This document shows positions 26,601 through 40,061 of a stretch of 64,000 nucleotides of DNA, one piece after another; positions within the stretch are counted from its first letter, which is position 1; each line of letters opens with the position of its first letter. The position numbers and the translations under genes were made by a program. The notes beneath the pieces were generated by a model. The model was not told the DNA's origin. It ran no database searches and was given only the letters and a program-made list of their open reading frames with translations. The stretch is from the human T2T-CHM13v2.0 reference genome, Homo sapiens: the NCBI RefSeq assembly GCF_009914755.1, contig NC_060930.1; one strand, 5' to 3'.

Positions 26601-29600
26601 GGCGGGAGGCAGGTGGAAGCTGGGGGCGGGGCCACGTAGCAGGAAGACGGGGCACTGGAAGCCAAAGTGGAGCGCCAGGGGAACCCAGTGGTTTTTCTCT
26701 TCCCACAGTTCCCACGGGCAGCAGGAACACATTGCATCAGTGAAGCCTCCTCTGTGCCCTGCTGCATGGGCAGCCTGGGTGTCCACACACACCCTCACTG
26801 GCACTACTTCCAGCGCTTTCTGGGACAGGAGGAAGGTCAAACTGAATAAACTGCTTTGCCGGGCCCTCCCAGCTGGGGCAGCCAGCATTATTCCCACTTG
26901 ACGGACAAGGGCGCTGTGACCTGCTACGGGGCACCTGTCCATGCGTGAGTGAGCAGGGACTCGAACTCAAGACTCGGCTCCACCCTCCTTTCTGCTGGTG
27001 CTGGCAGACCCGGCATCTTCTAGCTCCTAAGGTTGCCCCTGTTGACCATCCCCTTTGCCTCTGCTCAGGCCACCTGCCAACCCAGCCCCACAGCGGTTGC
27101 CTTAGTGGGGTGTGGGTAGCACAGGTGCCCGCAGCCTGGAGGTACAGAGGCCCACCGCAGCCCCAAGTGGACCATCGTGGCTGAGTTTACTCCAAAAGGG
27201 GATGTGGACTGGAAAGAACGAAGACCTCCACTTCAGGAGGTGCAGGTGACACCCTGCCCTGTTCCCTCCATAGGAGAGACCCTGGGTGAGTCCCTGGTCC
27301 CTCCAGCCCTCAGTCTCCTGCTCTGTAGGCCAGGTCATCTCTGAGGACTTTGTTAGCCCTGGCACTGCCTGGATTTTACGATCCATGACCCTCATCTTGC
27401 CATCAGCCTGGCTTTGGGGACTTAAAGAAGGATGGTGGGGACGCAGAGGTGGACACCTGGGGCTCCCTTGTAAGCAAAGGCATACTCCATTTACAGCTGA
27501 CACTTTTGGCAGGATGAGGGGTGTGGCTGTCCCTGGAGTTGATGTCTGGAGGCTCTGAAAGACTCAGCCCACCCTTCTGAAGAAGCAGAGCCAGCTTCAG
27601 GCTGTCCTGCACCTCACCAGCTGCCCATCAGGCCTGGCTCCCACCCCAGCAGCAGTGCCTCCCCGCCTCCTCCAGCCAGCAGGGACCCCAGCCCAGACAA
27701 ACCTGGGGCTTGCAGTGAGTCATGCTGACGGGGCGGGGACAGAACCCAGTTTCCCACCATAGCAACTACAATTCCGCTCAACCTTCAGGGCTTTCCAGAA
27801 ATTGCCATTCACGTCTTCCTTCAGCCCTGGTTGAGCCCATGTGTATATAAATACATTTCACTTCTCAGTGCCCCCGTCAGGCCTCTTAGCCACACCAAGG
27901 CTGCCATACCCCCACCACCTGCACATCCCCGCTTTGCCATGATGCAGCCCGGGTCACATGGCTGCCCCTCTCTGGCACAGTCTCGTCCTCACCCCCAAAT
28001 CGCCGGTACACTCCTTGAAGGGCCGGCCACAGTACCTTCCCTCTTCCCTACCCTCCTCCAGCCCCGCATACGCCGTACCTCCCAGCTTGCCACAGGACAG
28101 GGGTCGTGAGGTTTCCTGGGTCTCTTGCTCCCCACAGCCCTGCCCAGCAGGGTCGTTGAGGGCATGAGAACACACGGATGTCACCGGAGCTCTGCTGCTC
28201 CTGCCTGAGGCCCCTTGGCCGATCCTCTCGGCCTCAGCCTCTTCAGCAGTGAAACAGGGACTCATAAAGACAGCTGTGTGTCTGGATTTTGAAGTCACCA
28301 GGCAGGACAGCGATGTGAGAAGGCTTCACTGTCTCCCGAGAGGTGTGTGTCCACAGTGGTGACTGCTGTCTCCATCTGCCGTGTTTCTGCGGCCCCTCCA
28401 GACCCAGCACAGGCCAGGGAAGGCAGAGGCCCTCCACACACCTGGTTGTTGGTCTGTAAAATCTTGATGGGCTGAAGGGAAAAAACATTCCTGCGCCCTG
28501 ATCCTCAGGCCCTGGAGCACACCTCCAGGCTTGGAGAGGGGTGTTAGGACAAAGTGAAGGACTCCAACATCACAGATGAGAAAAGTCCAGAAAGAACTGT
28601 CCTGACAGGCTAAGAACAGAAATTGCTTCAAACAAGGTTGAGATGGGTGGGAGTGGGTTATTAAGGGGTTATCAGGACCGGTTCCCACCTGTGAAGTGTC
28701 AGCAGAGACACATCCCCCTTTTGTCCTGGCACAGAGGGTAGGGTGGGGCAGGAGGAGCTAGGTCCCAGCAGCCCTCAAAGCAACTTGCTACCCCAGGAGC
28801 AGAGAGGCCTGGGCCTTGCCCCGCAACCAGTCTCAGGCGCTGGAGCCCCGGGCTGGGCAGTCCCTCCAGCCACGTCTCCCCTGTGCCAGAGCTAGAGGGA
28901 GAAGGAGGGGGGTCTTTATCCTGGTGGTGCGCCGTCATAATCCTGGGGAGGTCCCGGTCCCATCCGACCCCCAGCAGAGTCACACTAAGGTCCCTGGCTG
29001 GGGAGGAAGGATGAGCCTCTCCCTCCCCAAGTCTGGAGGCCCCTTTCTACCCACCCCCAACCCCGGCTGCTGAGAGGTGGGAGAGCAGAATCTGGCAGGG
29101 GGCACCTCCCAGGCTGAAAACATGCAAACTAGCCAGGAGAAGGAGCTTGGCATTAAATGTCAGGAAGAGCCCAGGGCAACTCGGCTTGTGCAAAGTTTGC
29201 TTTGGGAAGAGTTGTTCCACCTGACAGGCCACTCGCTTGGCTGGGGGCACGGGGTGGGGCATGAACGGGGTGGGGGTGGGGACCAGGGGAGGGTCCCAGA
29301 AAAGGTTTGATCCCTGACTCTCTGCTCTCTAGCTCTGGGGCTGGGGCCAGTGACTCAGCCCCCTCTGAGGCTCATTTTTCTTGTCTGTTAAATGGGCTGT
29401 CAAGAGTATGTCTTAAAGGGGTTGTGGAGATTGAGATGGAGGGTGAATGGAAATCATTTATGATGGGTTGAGTGTACGTGAGGGGGGCCCTGGGCACAGG
29501 TGAGGGGATCAGCTGGAGAAGAGGAAAGAGAGAGGGAATGGGGTGAGGAAGCCGGGGAGCAAAGGAAGAAGCGGAAGGTGATGGGGAGTAGAGGGAGTGG

Positions 29601-30892
29601 GCGAGAGAGTGGAGTCTGGGGGGAGCTGAGGATGGTGGTGAGGGAGGCTGGGGCCCTGTCCTGTTCTCTAGCCCAGTCCAGGCAGCTGCAGGCTTCACCC
29701 ACCCTCCCTGCCCTCTAGGAGGAACCAGAACCAAGAATTCCTGCCCCACCCACTTCCCCCCGGCCCCCGCACCCGCCACCACCCCCCAACGCCCAGGAGA
29801 CCGGCTGGCAAATCCAACTCCTACACAGCCTTCAAGGTCCTGCTCCAGGCTGTCTCCTCCGTGAAGCCTGCTTTAACAGGCAATAGCCTTGTCTAACCTT
29901 GTTTCACAGACAAGGTGTTGCAAGTACAGTGAGGAAAAGTGACCCGCCCACGGTCCCACATGGCGGGACCTCACCTGTTCCTTCTTGCCCTCCACCTTGA
30001 GGGTCTGTGTCCCCCTGTCAGACTAAATTAACTTCCCCGGGTTATACTCAGGCTGCAACAAGTCATTTAGCACAAAACTGCTCTAACGGTTTCAGGGCTA
30101 TTCACTTTATACTCACAACGACCTCAGTGGTAAAAAGTGGGTTCTCCCGGTTTTTGCACTTCCTGCCAGCATCACACTTTCTGAGCATCGACTGAGCACC
30201 TACTGAGTGCAGCCCTATTCCCTCAGACTTGGTTGACAGAGAAGCCCTATCGAATTCAGAGGGTCCTTGTGAAAACCAAAGTGTTTTACAACTGACAGTG
30301 TGCAATAAGCAAGTCTGGTAGTTTTCAGCTCTGGATACCCCCACGGGGCCTCACTCAGAGGAAATGCTTGTACATGCACTGTCAGCCTCTCAAAGGCGAG
30401 GGTGGGTCCCCTACGCAGTGAGACCACCTCCTCCACACAGCCCCACCTGCCTGGGAGCTCCGAGAATGCCCCCCACCATTTGTCTGTGAGTTTGGGGTGG
30501 TGGGACTCCAAGCTGGGGGTCCTTGGCTCTGGCCCCTCTTGCAGGTGGGTGGAGGGAAGCTCAGCCCAACTGGCCTGGCTGAACCATGGCCTGGGCCTGC
30601 CCGTCTGGTGGGGCGTCTCCTCCCCATCCCTGCCCACCAGCTTGGGCCTGGGGCAGCCTGGACGCCTGTTTGCTTTGTTACTCAGCTGAGCAGCTGGTGA
30701 TGGGGAGATGCAGCTTTATTGGGGAGGTTGCGGCAGGAAATGAGGCAAGTCCCAGCCCTGGCCGAGGAGGAGGAGAAAGCCCATGGCCATCATAAAGGAC
30801 ACAGGCTACGCGGGGCTCATGGCCTGGGTGTGGGCTGCTGGGCGGCCCCAGCTGATAGGTGAGGTGAGGGATCTTGGCCTGCCCCTCCCCAA

Positions 30893-30992
30893 CATGCACA
30901 CACACGCACACACACATGCACATGCAACACGCACGCGCACATGCACACACCACACACACACATACTTCCGCGCACACACACGCACGCACACA
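30893..30992. repeat. Imperfect (CA)n/(CG) alternating purine-pyrimidine tract
   Basis: catgcacacacacgcacacacacatgcacatgcaacacgcacgcgcac... Confidence 0.85.
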
Positions 30993-31776
30993 CCTCCACC
31001 AGCCTCAGGGGCACCCAGTCGCCCAGGCCCTTCAGCTTCCCACCCTGTCATCCCACCACCCACTTCCTCTCTCCACCGCAGAAATCTGGCAAATCTTAGA
31101 AATGAGCACCTTCGAGGTACTGCTACTGTTGCTTTCCTTGTGTGCCAAGACCAGGACCCAAGGCTCTCAGCTTCCCCCAGTGTCCAAGGGCTCAGAGTGT
31201 GTGCTCAGCGGTGACCCCAGCCCCCTGGTTCCTGTGCCCATCCCTGCCCAGCCCAGCTACTGGGCTCTGGACCTGTCTCCCCTGTCCCGAACTGGACCCG
31301 GCCTTAGACTTAGCCCTGACCCATCAAGCTCCAGCAAGCCCCTGCCCACTGGTGGCCTGGCACCAGGGAGACCCTTTCCTCAGCAGAGCAGCTGGGTTGG
31401 CAGCAGCAGCAAGCCGCTTGTGTTTCTCCAGCCAAGCAGAACTGGCTGGGTCTCAGGGGCCGGGGCTCTGCATCTGCACGGCGGCCTCCCCTCAGGCTGG
31501 GCAGACTGGGCTCAGTGTGGGGGACCCCAGGCCTTGCCGGGCAAGGGGGCTCACCCAGCATGTAGAGTTGGCCCAGAGAGGCAGTCTGGGGAGCATGAGG
31601 AGGGGGCAAGGAATTCTGAGGGTAAAGGGATCCAGGTCACAGGGTCACTGATGACTGGGAGATGAGCTCTGAGCTGGCAAAGTGCGCCCCCTCCAAGTCC
31701 TGCCTGCAGTCGCCCACCCCCCAGCTGGCAGGGAAAGACCCCATGCCAGGGTACCCCCACCTCCTGTCGGACTCAC

Positions 31777-32180
31777 CTGTTAGCTGCCTGGTGCCCAGGG
31801 AGCTGTCTGCTGCAGTGCCAACTTCAGGGGCCGGGAAGAGGTGTGGGCAGCTGAGGCCACTGGCGTGTCTCAGCCAGGCATCTGGGGGGCCAGCGGAACC
31901 AGGGGCCAGCAGGGCTGGTGGCAGAGGCAGCACTCAGGTTGGCCACTGGGGGCCTGGCCACCCTCAAGGGGTGGCCCTCTGAGGTCTCAGGGCTGCGTGC
32001 CTGTAGGGAGTCCCCTACCCCCAGCCCAGGGCTGCCTGCTGGCACCGTGGCAAGGCCCAACCTGAGGGGCTTGCAGGGAGCTGGCAGCAGGCTTGGAGGA
32101 CTGGGTCTGTGGGGCAGTGTGGACACGGCAGAGTGCAGGAATGTGCTGGGAGGAAGTCAGACAGCCGCGAGATGAAGAGT
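31777..32180 (-). other. SPDEF: SPDEF non-coding exon 1 (TSS approximate)
   Basis: Consensus donor ACAG|gtgagt at 31777/31776; matches the recalled SPDEF 5'UTR (...gcagctaacag|acacagccgcc); TATA-like element ~30 bp upstream. Confidence 0.85.
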
Positions 32181-32194
32181 TGGCCAGGGCCTGA

Positions 32195-32245
32195 TTTCCC
32201 ATTATAAGTAATCCTTCCTTATTTACCTGAACAAATACACTCCTT
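32195..32245 (-). promoter_or_regulatory. SPDEF core promoter: TATA-like TTATAAT plus two forkhead motifs
   Basis: Minus-strand TATAAT at 32206-32201; TATTTAC at 32220-32226 (+) and TATTTGTT at 32237-32230 (-). Confidence 0.65.
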
Positions 32246-33659
32246 GCTTACCTCAGACCACAGGCAGGCTCCTGATTAACCCTTGCAGGTCTCCCCCTCC
32301 TTGCTGGGGGATCCATGCCCTGACAGCTAGGGGACTCATTCATTCACTCGCTCATTCACTCGTTCATTGGTTGCTGCATAGCCACTCAGCTCATATTACG
32401 TGCAAGGCGCCAGAGATACGTCGAGTGGGTCCAGGGCTGGGGTTCTAAGATGGATCAGCTGAGGGCCAGAGACAGACAAGTGAGCAGCAGTGGAGATCCA
32501 GAACCACCCATGCCCAGATGGAGGACTGAGGGGGCACTGAGGGTGGGCACCAACTAGGGAAATCAGTTGAGGGCTTCCTGGAGGAGGTGCTGTCTGGCTA
32601 CTCAGGCCAGGGATGGAGAGAGCTTCAGAGAACCCTGGGGAGGGATCCCGAGGCTTGTGGGCCAACCACGACCTGGTGGGAACTGTGTTCTCTGTGCCCC
32701 ACAGGGTCCTCATGCAGACCTGTCACACAGTGGCGGTGAGGAAGGACTCCTAGCTCGCTTTCCCAGGCCTGTAATCGGGGGCCAGCCAGCAGCAACTTGC
32801 TCTCCCATAGCCCCAAAGGGTGATGGCAGGGATGCCATGCAGGACAGAGGTACCCACCACCAAGCACTTGCTGCCCCAGACCCTCCACCTCCTTGAGCCC
32901 TGCGGGGGCCACACAGTCCAGCTTTTGGCTTCCTCCATGTCCTGCCAGGTGGGCTGAGAGTTGTCCCTGGAGGCTGGGCCTTCCTTTCTCCAAATCATCT
33001 CAGAAGGGCTCCACGTACCTGCTACCTCCATTCTGACGGGAGAAAGTTCTAGATAATGCTGATTTTTCTCTTGTTTCAGGAGTAACTGTGTAACTGCCGA
33101 GAGCATGAGGATTCTGGGGCTGCAGGGGATCCCAAGGCCTTTAGAACTAGCCCCTCACCTTCACCAATACCCACATTCTCCAACGTAAGGTTGCACTTTG
33201 CACCCCCAGGGAGCCCTGTACTTGGCTGTTATCGTCACTGGCACCTTGGTTGAGGATCAGTTATCAGTCATTCCCCAGAGAAGGTTGAGGGAGGATGGAG
33301 CGGAGGAAGGGGAGGTAACACAAGGTCCTGAAATGGTACACTCGACCACTCCTAATCCCCAATGGTCCAGCCCTCCAGGGTCAATAAAGAAAGACACGCT
33401 GCGTTTCCAGGTGGATCTCCTTCCCCTAGAGTGCGTTTTTGTGCCTGCTTCTCTGGTGGCCACGCCTCCCTCCTCCCCACTCTCACAGAAGCCTGGCTTA
33501 TATCACAGCATTCTGATGCATTAATACTAATGACCACTGCTTAACAGGCACCTACTGTATGCCTGTATGTTCGATGCTCATGAGATGCTAAGCTATTAAT
33601 CATACTGTAAGTACTATAATGTGGGTAAGTACAAGGAATATCTAATAAATGTTTATTGA

Positions 33660-33969
<310 letters not shown>

Positions 33970-34019
33970 TCAAAGATAGCTGTCCATTCTCCCCTTTTCC
34001 TCAGTAAACAAGGCTTGAT

Positions 34020-34164
34020 TTTTATTTTTTATTTTATTTATTTTTGTAGAGACAGGGTCTCTCTATGTTGCCCAGGGTGGTCTCGAACTCCTGGCCTCAA
34101 GCAATCCTTGTACCTCGGCCTCCTAAAGTGCTGGAATTACAAGCATGAGCCACTGTACCTGGCC
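34020..34164 (-). mobile_element. FLAM / Alu left monomer
   Basis: Single reverse monomer; TSD aaggcttgattttt/aaggcctggttttt. Confidence 0.8.
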
Positions 34165-34204
34165 AAGGCCTGGTTTTTAGCTGCGCACGTGGCTACCTAG
34201 AATT

Positions 34205-34560
34205 AAGACTATCCCAGCCTCCCTTGCAGCTAGATGTGACTATATGACAAAGCAGAAGTGTCATGTGCCAAGATTTCTAGGAATCTTTCTTAAAAGTAAG
34301 CTGGCATGTACCATTAACTCCATTCTTATTTATCCTTCCTCCATCTTGCTGGGTGGAATGCAGCTGTGATAGCTGGCATTCTGGCTGCCATCTTAGACCA
34401 TGAGGACAAGATAGTAGAGTAGGCAGCAAGCTAGAAGGAGCCTGGGTCTCTCAGGATTATGTAAAACCTCCATACCAGCTGCAGACTGCCTGCCTTAGGA
34501 CTTTTATGAGAGAAATGGACTTTTCACTTTTGTTAAGTGGGAATTCTTACTGGTGTGGCC
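34205..34560. mobile_element. MaLR LTR (MLT1-like) fragment
   Basis: MLT1-type motifs cccagcctcccttgcagctagatgtgac...ggctgccatcttagaccatgagg...ggagcctgggtc. Confidence 0.6.
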
Positions 34561-35100
34561 TCACTCAAGGCCCAAGGGAGCATTTCACAGGGGTCTCCTG
34601 AATGGATGGGCCCAGCTAAACTGTACTGGCTGTGGACAGGGTCTCTACCCATTTAAGCCTGGAGTAGGGAAACAAATGTTGCCTCTGGAAGCTGGAAAAG
34701 GTCCACCAAGAGGGAGCAAGGGAGGGCTCCCCCATCTGCTCAGCTGGGCTCACACAGGCCCAGCCTCCAAGAGGCTGCTTGGGGTGGACATCAGTGGTGT
34801 GCCCAAGGTGGGTTGGGTGCCCATCTAAGGCAATGCTGGTGGGCTTCAGGGGAGGAAAGGCCAACTTTCCCAATAAGGGAACTCTGGGTGACACACATCC
34901 TCTTGACCCCCTGATCCACCGGGCATGGTGTCTTGGCACCAGCTTGGGATTTGATCAAGTACATGTCCTGATTCTGTAATTTTCCAGCTTTGTGACTTTA
35001 GGCAAGTGTCTGAAATCTGCTGAACAGTCACCTCCCAAATCCAGAGAACCCTGAGAGTTACTGTGAGGAGGGAGAAAATGCTGGTCAAAGTGTTCCATGA

Positions 35101-35601
<501 letters not shown>

Positions 35602-37734
35602 TAATTTCCATGACTGCCCCATGCCCAGTAAAACCCTATTGCTACTCTCACGTCCTCTCAGGGCCAAGTCCCGGGTCCCTGGAACAGGTCACTGGGTCCA
35701 CTAGACTTCCTGCCTCCAGCTCCCTGGGCTGGACTCCTCTCTAATCCTCCTCTGGCCAGCTCTCATCAGGTTAAATGTGCCCCCTCCTGTTTGCCCTCCA
35801 TCCAGACCCCACCCATCTGTTGTGGGCGATGCCTGCTCCATGTCCACCCCTTCCAGATCTGGGGTCTAGTACACAACCCCAGTTGGCTCAGTGTGACTCT
35901 GTCCTGGAACTTTTCTCCAACCTACTGAGATAACAAATTATCTCTTGCCACTAGAGTTTCCAAGCCTTGACGTGTTAAGTCAGGAGCTGCTACCCCCAGG
36001 GAGAATAGGGACAGCCCAGAAGAGGAGGAGCCAGACGCCCTCCTGACATCGCCGTGGGAACACCTGGATGAAGCTGCCATTCCCTTTTTCTGTCGTTCAA
36101 ATGGACTTGAGTCCCTCCTATTTTGGTGGAGAGAACCCCCATCCTTCGGAGGCCCATTTCAAGAGCCCTCTCCTCCAGAAAGCCTTTCCCTGTCCCCTCC
36201 AGTCCTTGCGGACCTCACATGTCCCAAGTCTTTGTTCTCTAATTCTTTCCCCACTATTTCTTATTTCTTTCTTCCCAAGATTTTAACTCCTTGAAGGCAG
36301 GGATTCTAGAGCAGCTGGCAGCATCAGACCCAACACACCAATTTCTGGAGCAGTTGGCCTGAGCTTCCTCCCCACATTGGTCCTCTCTGGCCACTGGCCC
36401 ACCAGAGGCAAGTGTGGAGAGCACCGGGTGGAACTCAGGGCCCACATCTCGGTTTCTGTGCAGCACTGCCACTGACGAGCGGCGGGATCACGAGCGAGTC
36501 TCAAGCACTCTGGGCCTCCCTCGCCTCCTCTGTGAATGGCGATAACAACGCTTGCCCTGCTGACCTTGTGGGTGGAGCACTGTGATGAGCGAATGTCAAG
36601 TGGCAGCGGAAGTGGACACGCTTTGGAAAGGGCAGTCTGTCTGAGTCAGTCTGTTGGTCAGATTCCTGCCTTCCTAGCTTTCTTTCTGACTCCATCTGCC
36701 TGCGCTCCCATCCTCACTGCGTCCTGCTCTCTGATGAGCTAGACTGGGGATGGTGGCAGAGGCAAGGCTGGGATGTATGCCAGCCACAGGGACATGCAGC
36801 TGCCAGTTAGTTCCCGACTGACACAAGGCCCCACCCCCAGACCCAGGCTCCAGCTGCGAAAAGGCTGGACAGCTTGGGGGAGGGTGCCCCCTGCTGAGGC
36901 GTGAAGAGCCTGAGGCTGGTCACCTGGACAGGGCCAGAGGGGACAGGAAGGGCAGGACACTTGGTTGGTGGGATCCCAGAAACCACCCAGCCATCTCGTG
37001 GTACAAAGACCTTGGGACCAGAGAGGCCAGGGACCAGGCCCAAGGACACACAGCAGGGCTGGGATCTGAATCCAGACCCCGATCTGTGCTCCCACATGGC
37101 ATGTGTTATCTCATTCAATCCTAGCAAGTCCACAGGGGGTCATTGCCTGTCTCACTCACAGATAGGGAAAAGAGGCTCACTGACATTCCCAGTCAAGCCT
37201 GGATAATGGCAGAGGAAGGATTCAGGCTGGATCTGTTGGAATCCTCTCTCCAGGACACCATGTTGCAGCTGGATGGTGAACAAGGGGCTGGGAAATAGCC
37301 CAGGGGGTGGTGGCTGTGTTCTCAGGGCCATACTACGAGGCACTTCCAGCAACTGCAGCATGCCAGGGCCCCTCTTGGGCACACTTGGGCCACAACACGT
37401 TGCTCTGCCCAGACCAGCATCTTACTCTGTGCTGCCAGGCCCTAAACGGGCACTGAGGCCAGGGTGGCCGGGCACAGGGGCTGGGCACAGCCTGCTCTTG
37501 AGGATAGTTCAAGGCCTGGTGGCCACAATTGCTCAGGGTCTTCTTGCCTCAGAGGGCAGTGATGACTCCCAAGGGTAGCCATCTGTGGGCTTACTAGTTT
37601 CATGAACACCTATTAGATGCTGTCACAGTGAGTGACCCTCTCCATTCTAGGGAAAAACAAAAGGTGGAAGAGCTTCAGGCCTCGTTCCATCAGTGCCATC
37701 TCCTACCCCTCTACAAACTGACTCCTCAGAGAAT

Positions 37735-37804
37735 GACCCCAAGCTCCTGATGGGGGCCGAGCAAATGGACCCCAAGCTCGTGATGGGGGCTGAGCAAATG
37801 GACC
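37735..37804 (+). repeat. 33-bp tandem duplication (2 mismatches)
   Basis: gaccccaagctc(c/g)tgatgggggc(c/t)gagcaaatg x2. Confidence 0.9.
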
Positions 37805-39738
37805 GTTTCTTCCTGTAGCCAAGGGCTAGCTGTACCCACCCCCATTGCTGATTCATAACTGGGAGGCCATCTGAAGAGGCCTCATCCCATCCCAGGGCCC
37901 CAGCCCTTGGGGTCCTCAGAGTTCCCATGTGGACCCAGCCAGGCAGGGCTCGTGCCAGAGTTAGGCAACAAGCCTGAGAACCCTGCAGCCCTAGCTTGGG
38001 GGACAGACAGGACACACAGATGGCATCCTCTTTACCACCTCCACCCCGTGATGGGGAGCAGGGTGGCCTGCGCCTGCCCGCATGAATCCATTCCCTCCAC
38101 AGGAATGTGCTGGAGGGCTACTGCGGGTCAGGCACGGGTCATTGCATACAGCAGAGCCTCATTGGGCTTACATTCTAAAGGACCAGCAACAGCAAAGGTG
38201 CAAATGAGTAAATTGCATAGTACACTGGTGGGTGATGTATGCATGACAGGAAGGGCCTAGGAAGCCTGGAGCGGTGGGTGGGGTGTGGGAGCAGCACTGA
38301 ATACGGTGGTCAGGGCAGATCCCTTTGGGGAGGTGGGATTTGAGCAAGGCACGAAGGAGGCGAGGGTGTGAGCTCTGCAGGTCTCTGTGTGCATTCCGGG
38401 TGGCGGGAGGTGACGTGAGGAGGCACTGTGGAGTTAGATTGTGGGGGCCTTGAAGCCCTGGCCGCTCATTTCCCGGGTCCCCTGGCCAAGCATCTCACCT
38501 CTCCCGTGCTCACTGGGAGCCAAGTGCCATGCTGGTTGCTTCAGAACAGTTAGCTCATTTAATTATCTTAACGGCCCTTTGAGGTAGCACCCCTATCGTT
38601 AGCATCCCTATTTTAACCTCAGGGAGGAAACTGAGGCACGGGGCGGGAGAGGAGCTTAGTACTTTGCACAATGAGGGGAGGAGCCAGGATCTGGTGCAAA
38701 GCCCCACTCTTAGCCACCACTGCTTATGGTCTGGTGTGTCTGCTGCCCCTCCCTGACCCGCCCCCCCACAGAGCACCAGGTGCACCCCCAGCCCGGCAGG
38801 CCCGTCGTGGGGGGTGGAGGGGCCCCACATCACTGCTCACACCCTAGAGCTGACCGCTGCCTTTCCCCGATTAATGCAGAGCCAGCCGGGCCTTACAAAA
38901 CCGCAGGCCCAGATAAGAGCACAATCGGAACCTGTTTTGCTCACAGGCCAGCTCAGGAGCTGGGCCCTCCGGTTGGTGGGAAGTTCGGGGGGAGGCTGCT
39001 GGCAGCACTCTGGCCCTGTTATCAGTAGCCTTCTCCCCCCACCCATTAGCCCCTTTGAAATTTACCCATCTTATCAGAGGTTCGAGCTTTCCAGCTTTTG
39101 GAGGGAGAGCTGTTATGCCTTTGTGTCCAGCCGCTGCCTTCTGCCTCTGCCCAGAGAAGACTACGTCTGAGGGTAGGGAGGGTAGTGGGGTGGAAGGGGT
39201 AGGGACTTGTAGGGGTGAAGGGCCTGGCCCTCCAACCCCTAAGGGGGCCCCTGCAGTCACACACATGGACCTCGGCAGCCCCATCACTGCCAGGTGGGCA
39301 CTTCCTGGGCACTCCTTCCCTCCTTGCCCTGAACAGTGCACACTCACCCTAAGCCTGCAGCACCCCCAACTCTCATCCTTCTCTTAGCCAAGCGGTGAGC
39401 ACAGCTTCCTCCCACTCCTCATGACCCTGTCCAGCTTGCTCAGAAACTCAGGCCTGATCCTGGCACCCCCCAACCCCCGTCACACCTTCAGCAAATGTTT
39501 ATTGAGCACCTACTACACTCCAGGCAGGGGGGGCACGGCAGTGAACAGGACAGACCAATCTCGCTGTCCCTTGGAGCTGACGTGCTAGTGCTGGAAACAG
39601 GGTAAATAAACACAAATAAGTGGATATAGTATGTCGGGAGGTGGGAGCTGCTGCAGTGGGGCCAGAATGAAGCAGGAAAGGAGCATGGAAAGTGTTGAGG
39701 GCAATTTTAAGTGTGTTGGGTGGAGCGTGGGGGTGGCA

Positions 39739-40061
39739 TTTGTTTTGTTTTGTTTTTTGAGACAGAGTCTTGCTCTGTTGCCCAGGCTGGACTACAGTGG
39801 CGCCATCTCAATCTCAGTTCACCGCAGCCTCCGCCTCCTGGGTTCAAGCGATTCTCCTGCCTCAGGCTCCTGAGTACCTGGGATTACAGGGGCCCGCCAC
39901 CACGCCCAGCTAAGCCACCACGCCCAGTTAATTTTTTTTTGTATTTTTAGTAGAGATGGGGTTTTACCATGTTGGCCAGGCTGGTCTCAAGCTCCTGACC
40001 TCAGGTGATCCACCTGCCTCCCAGAGTGCTGGAATTACAGGCGTGAGCCACCGCGCTGGCC
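39739..40061 (-). mobile_element. Alu (S-like) with an internal 18-bp duplication
   Basis: Reverse Alu; gccaccacgcccag(c/t)taa occurs twice at ~39896-39931. Confidence 0.9.

Noticed and set aside
30874-31665. 263-aa + strand ORF with His/Thr repeats
   Set aside because: Runs through a (CA)n tract and GC-rich intron; TTG start and no coding signature.
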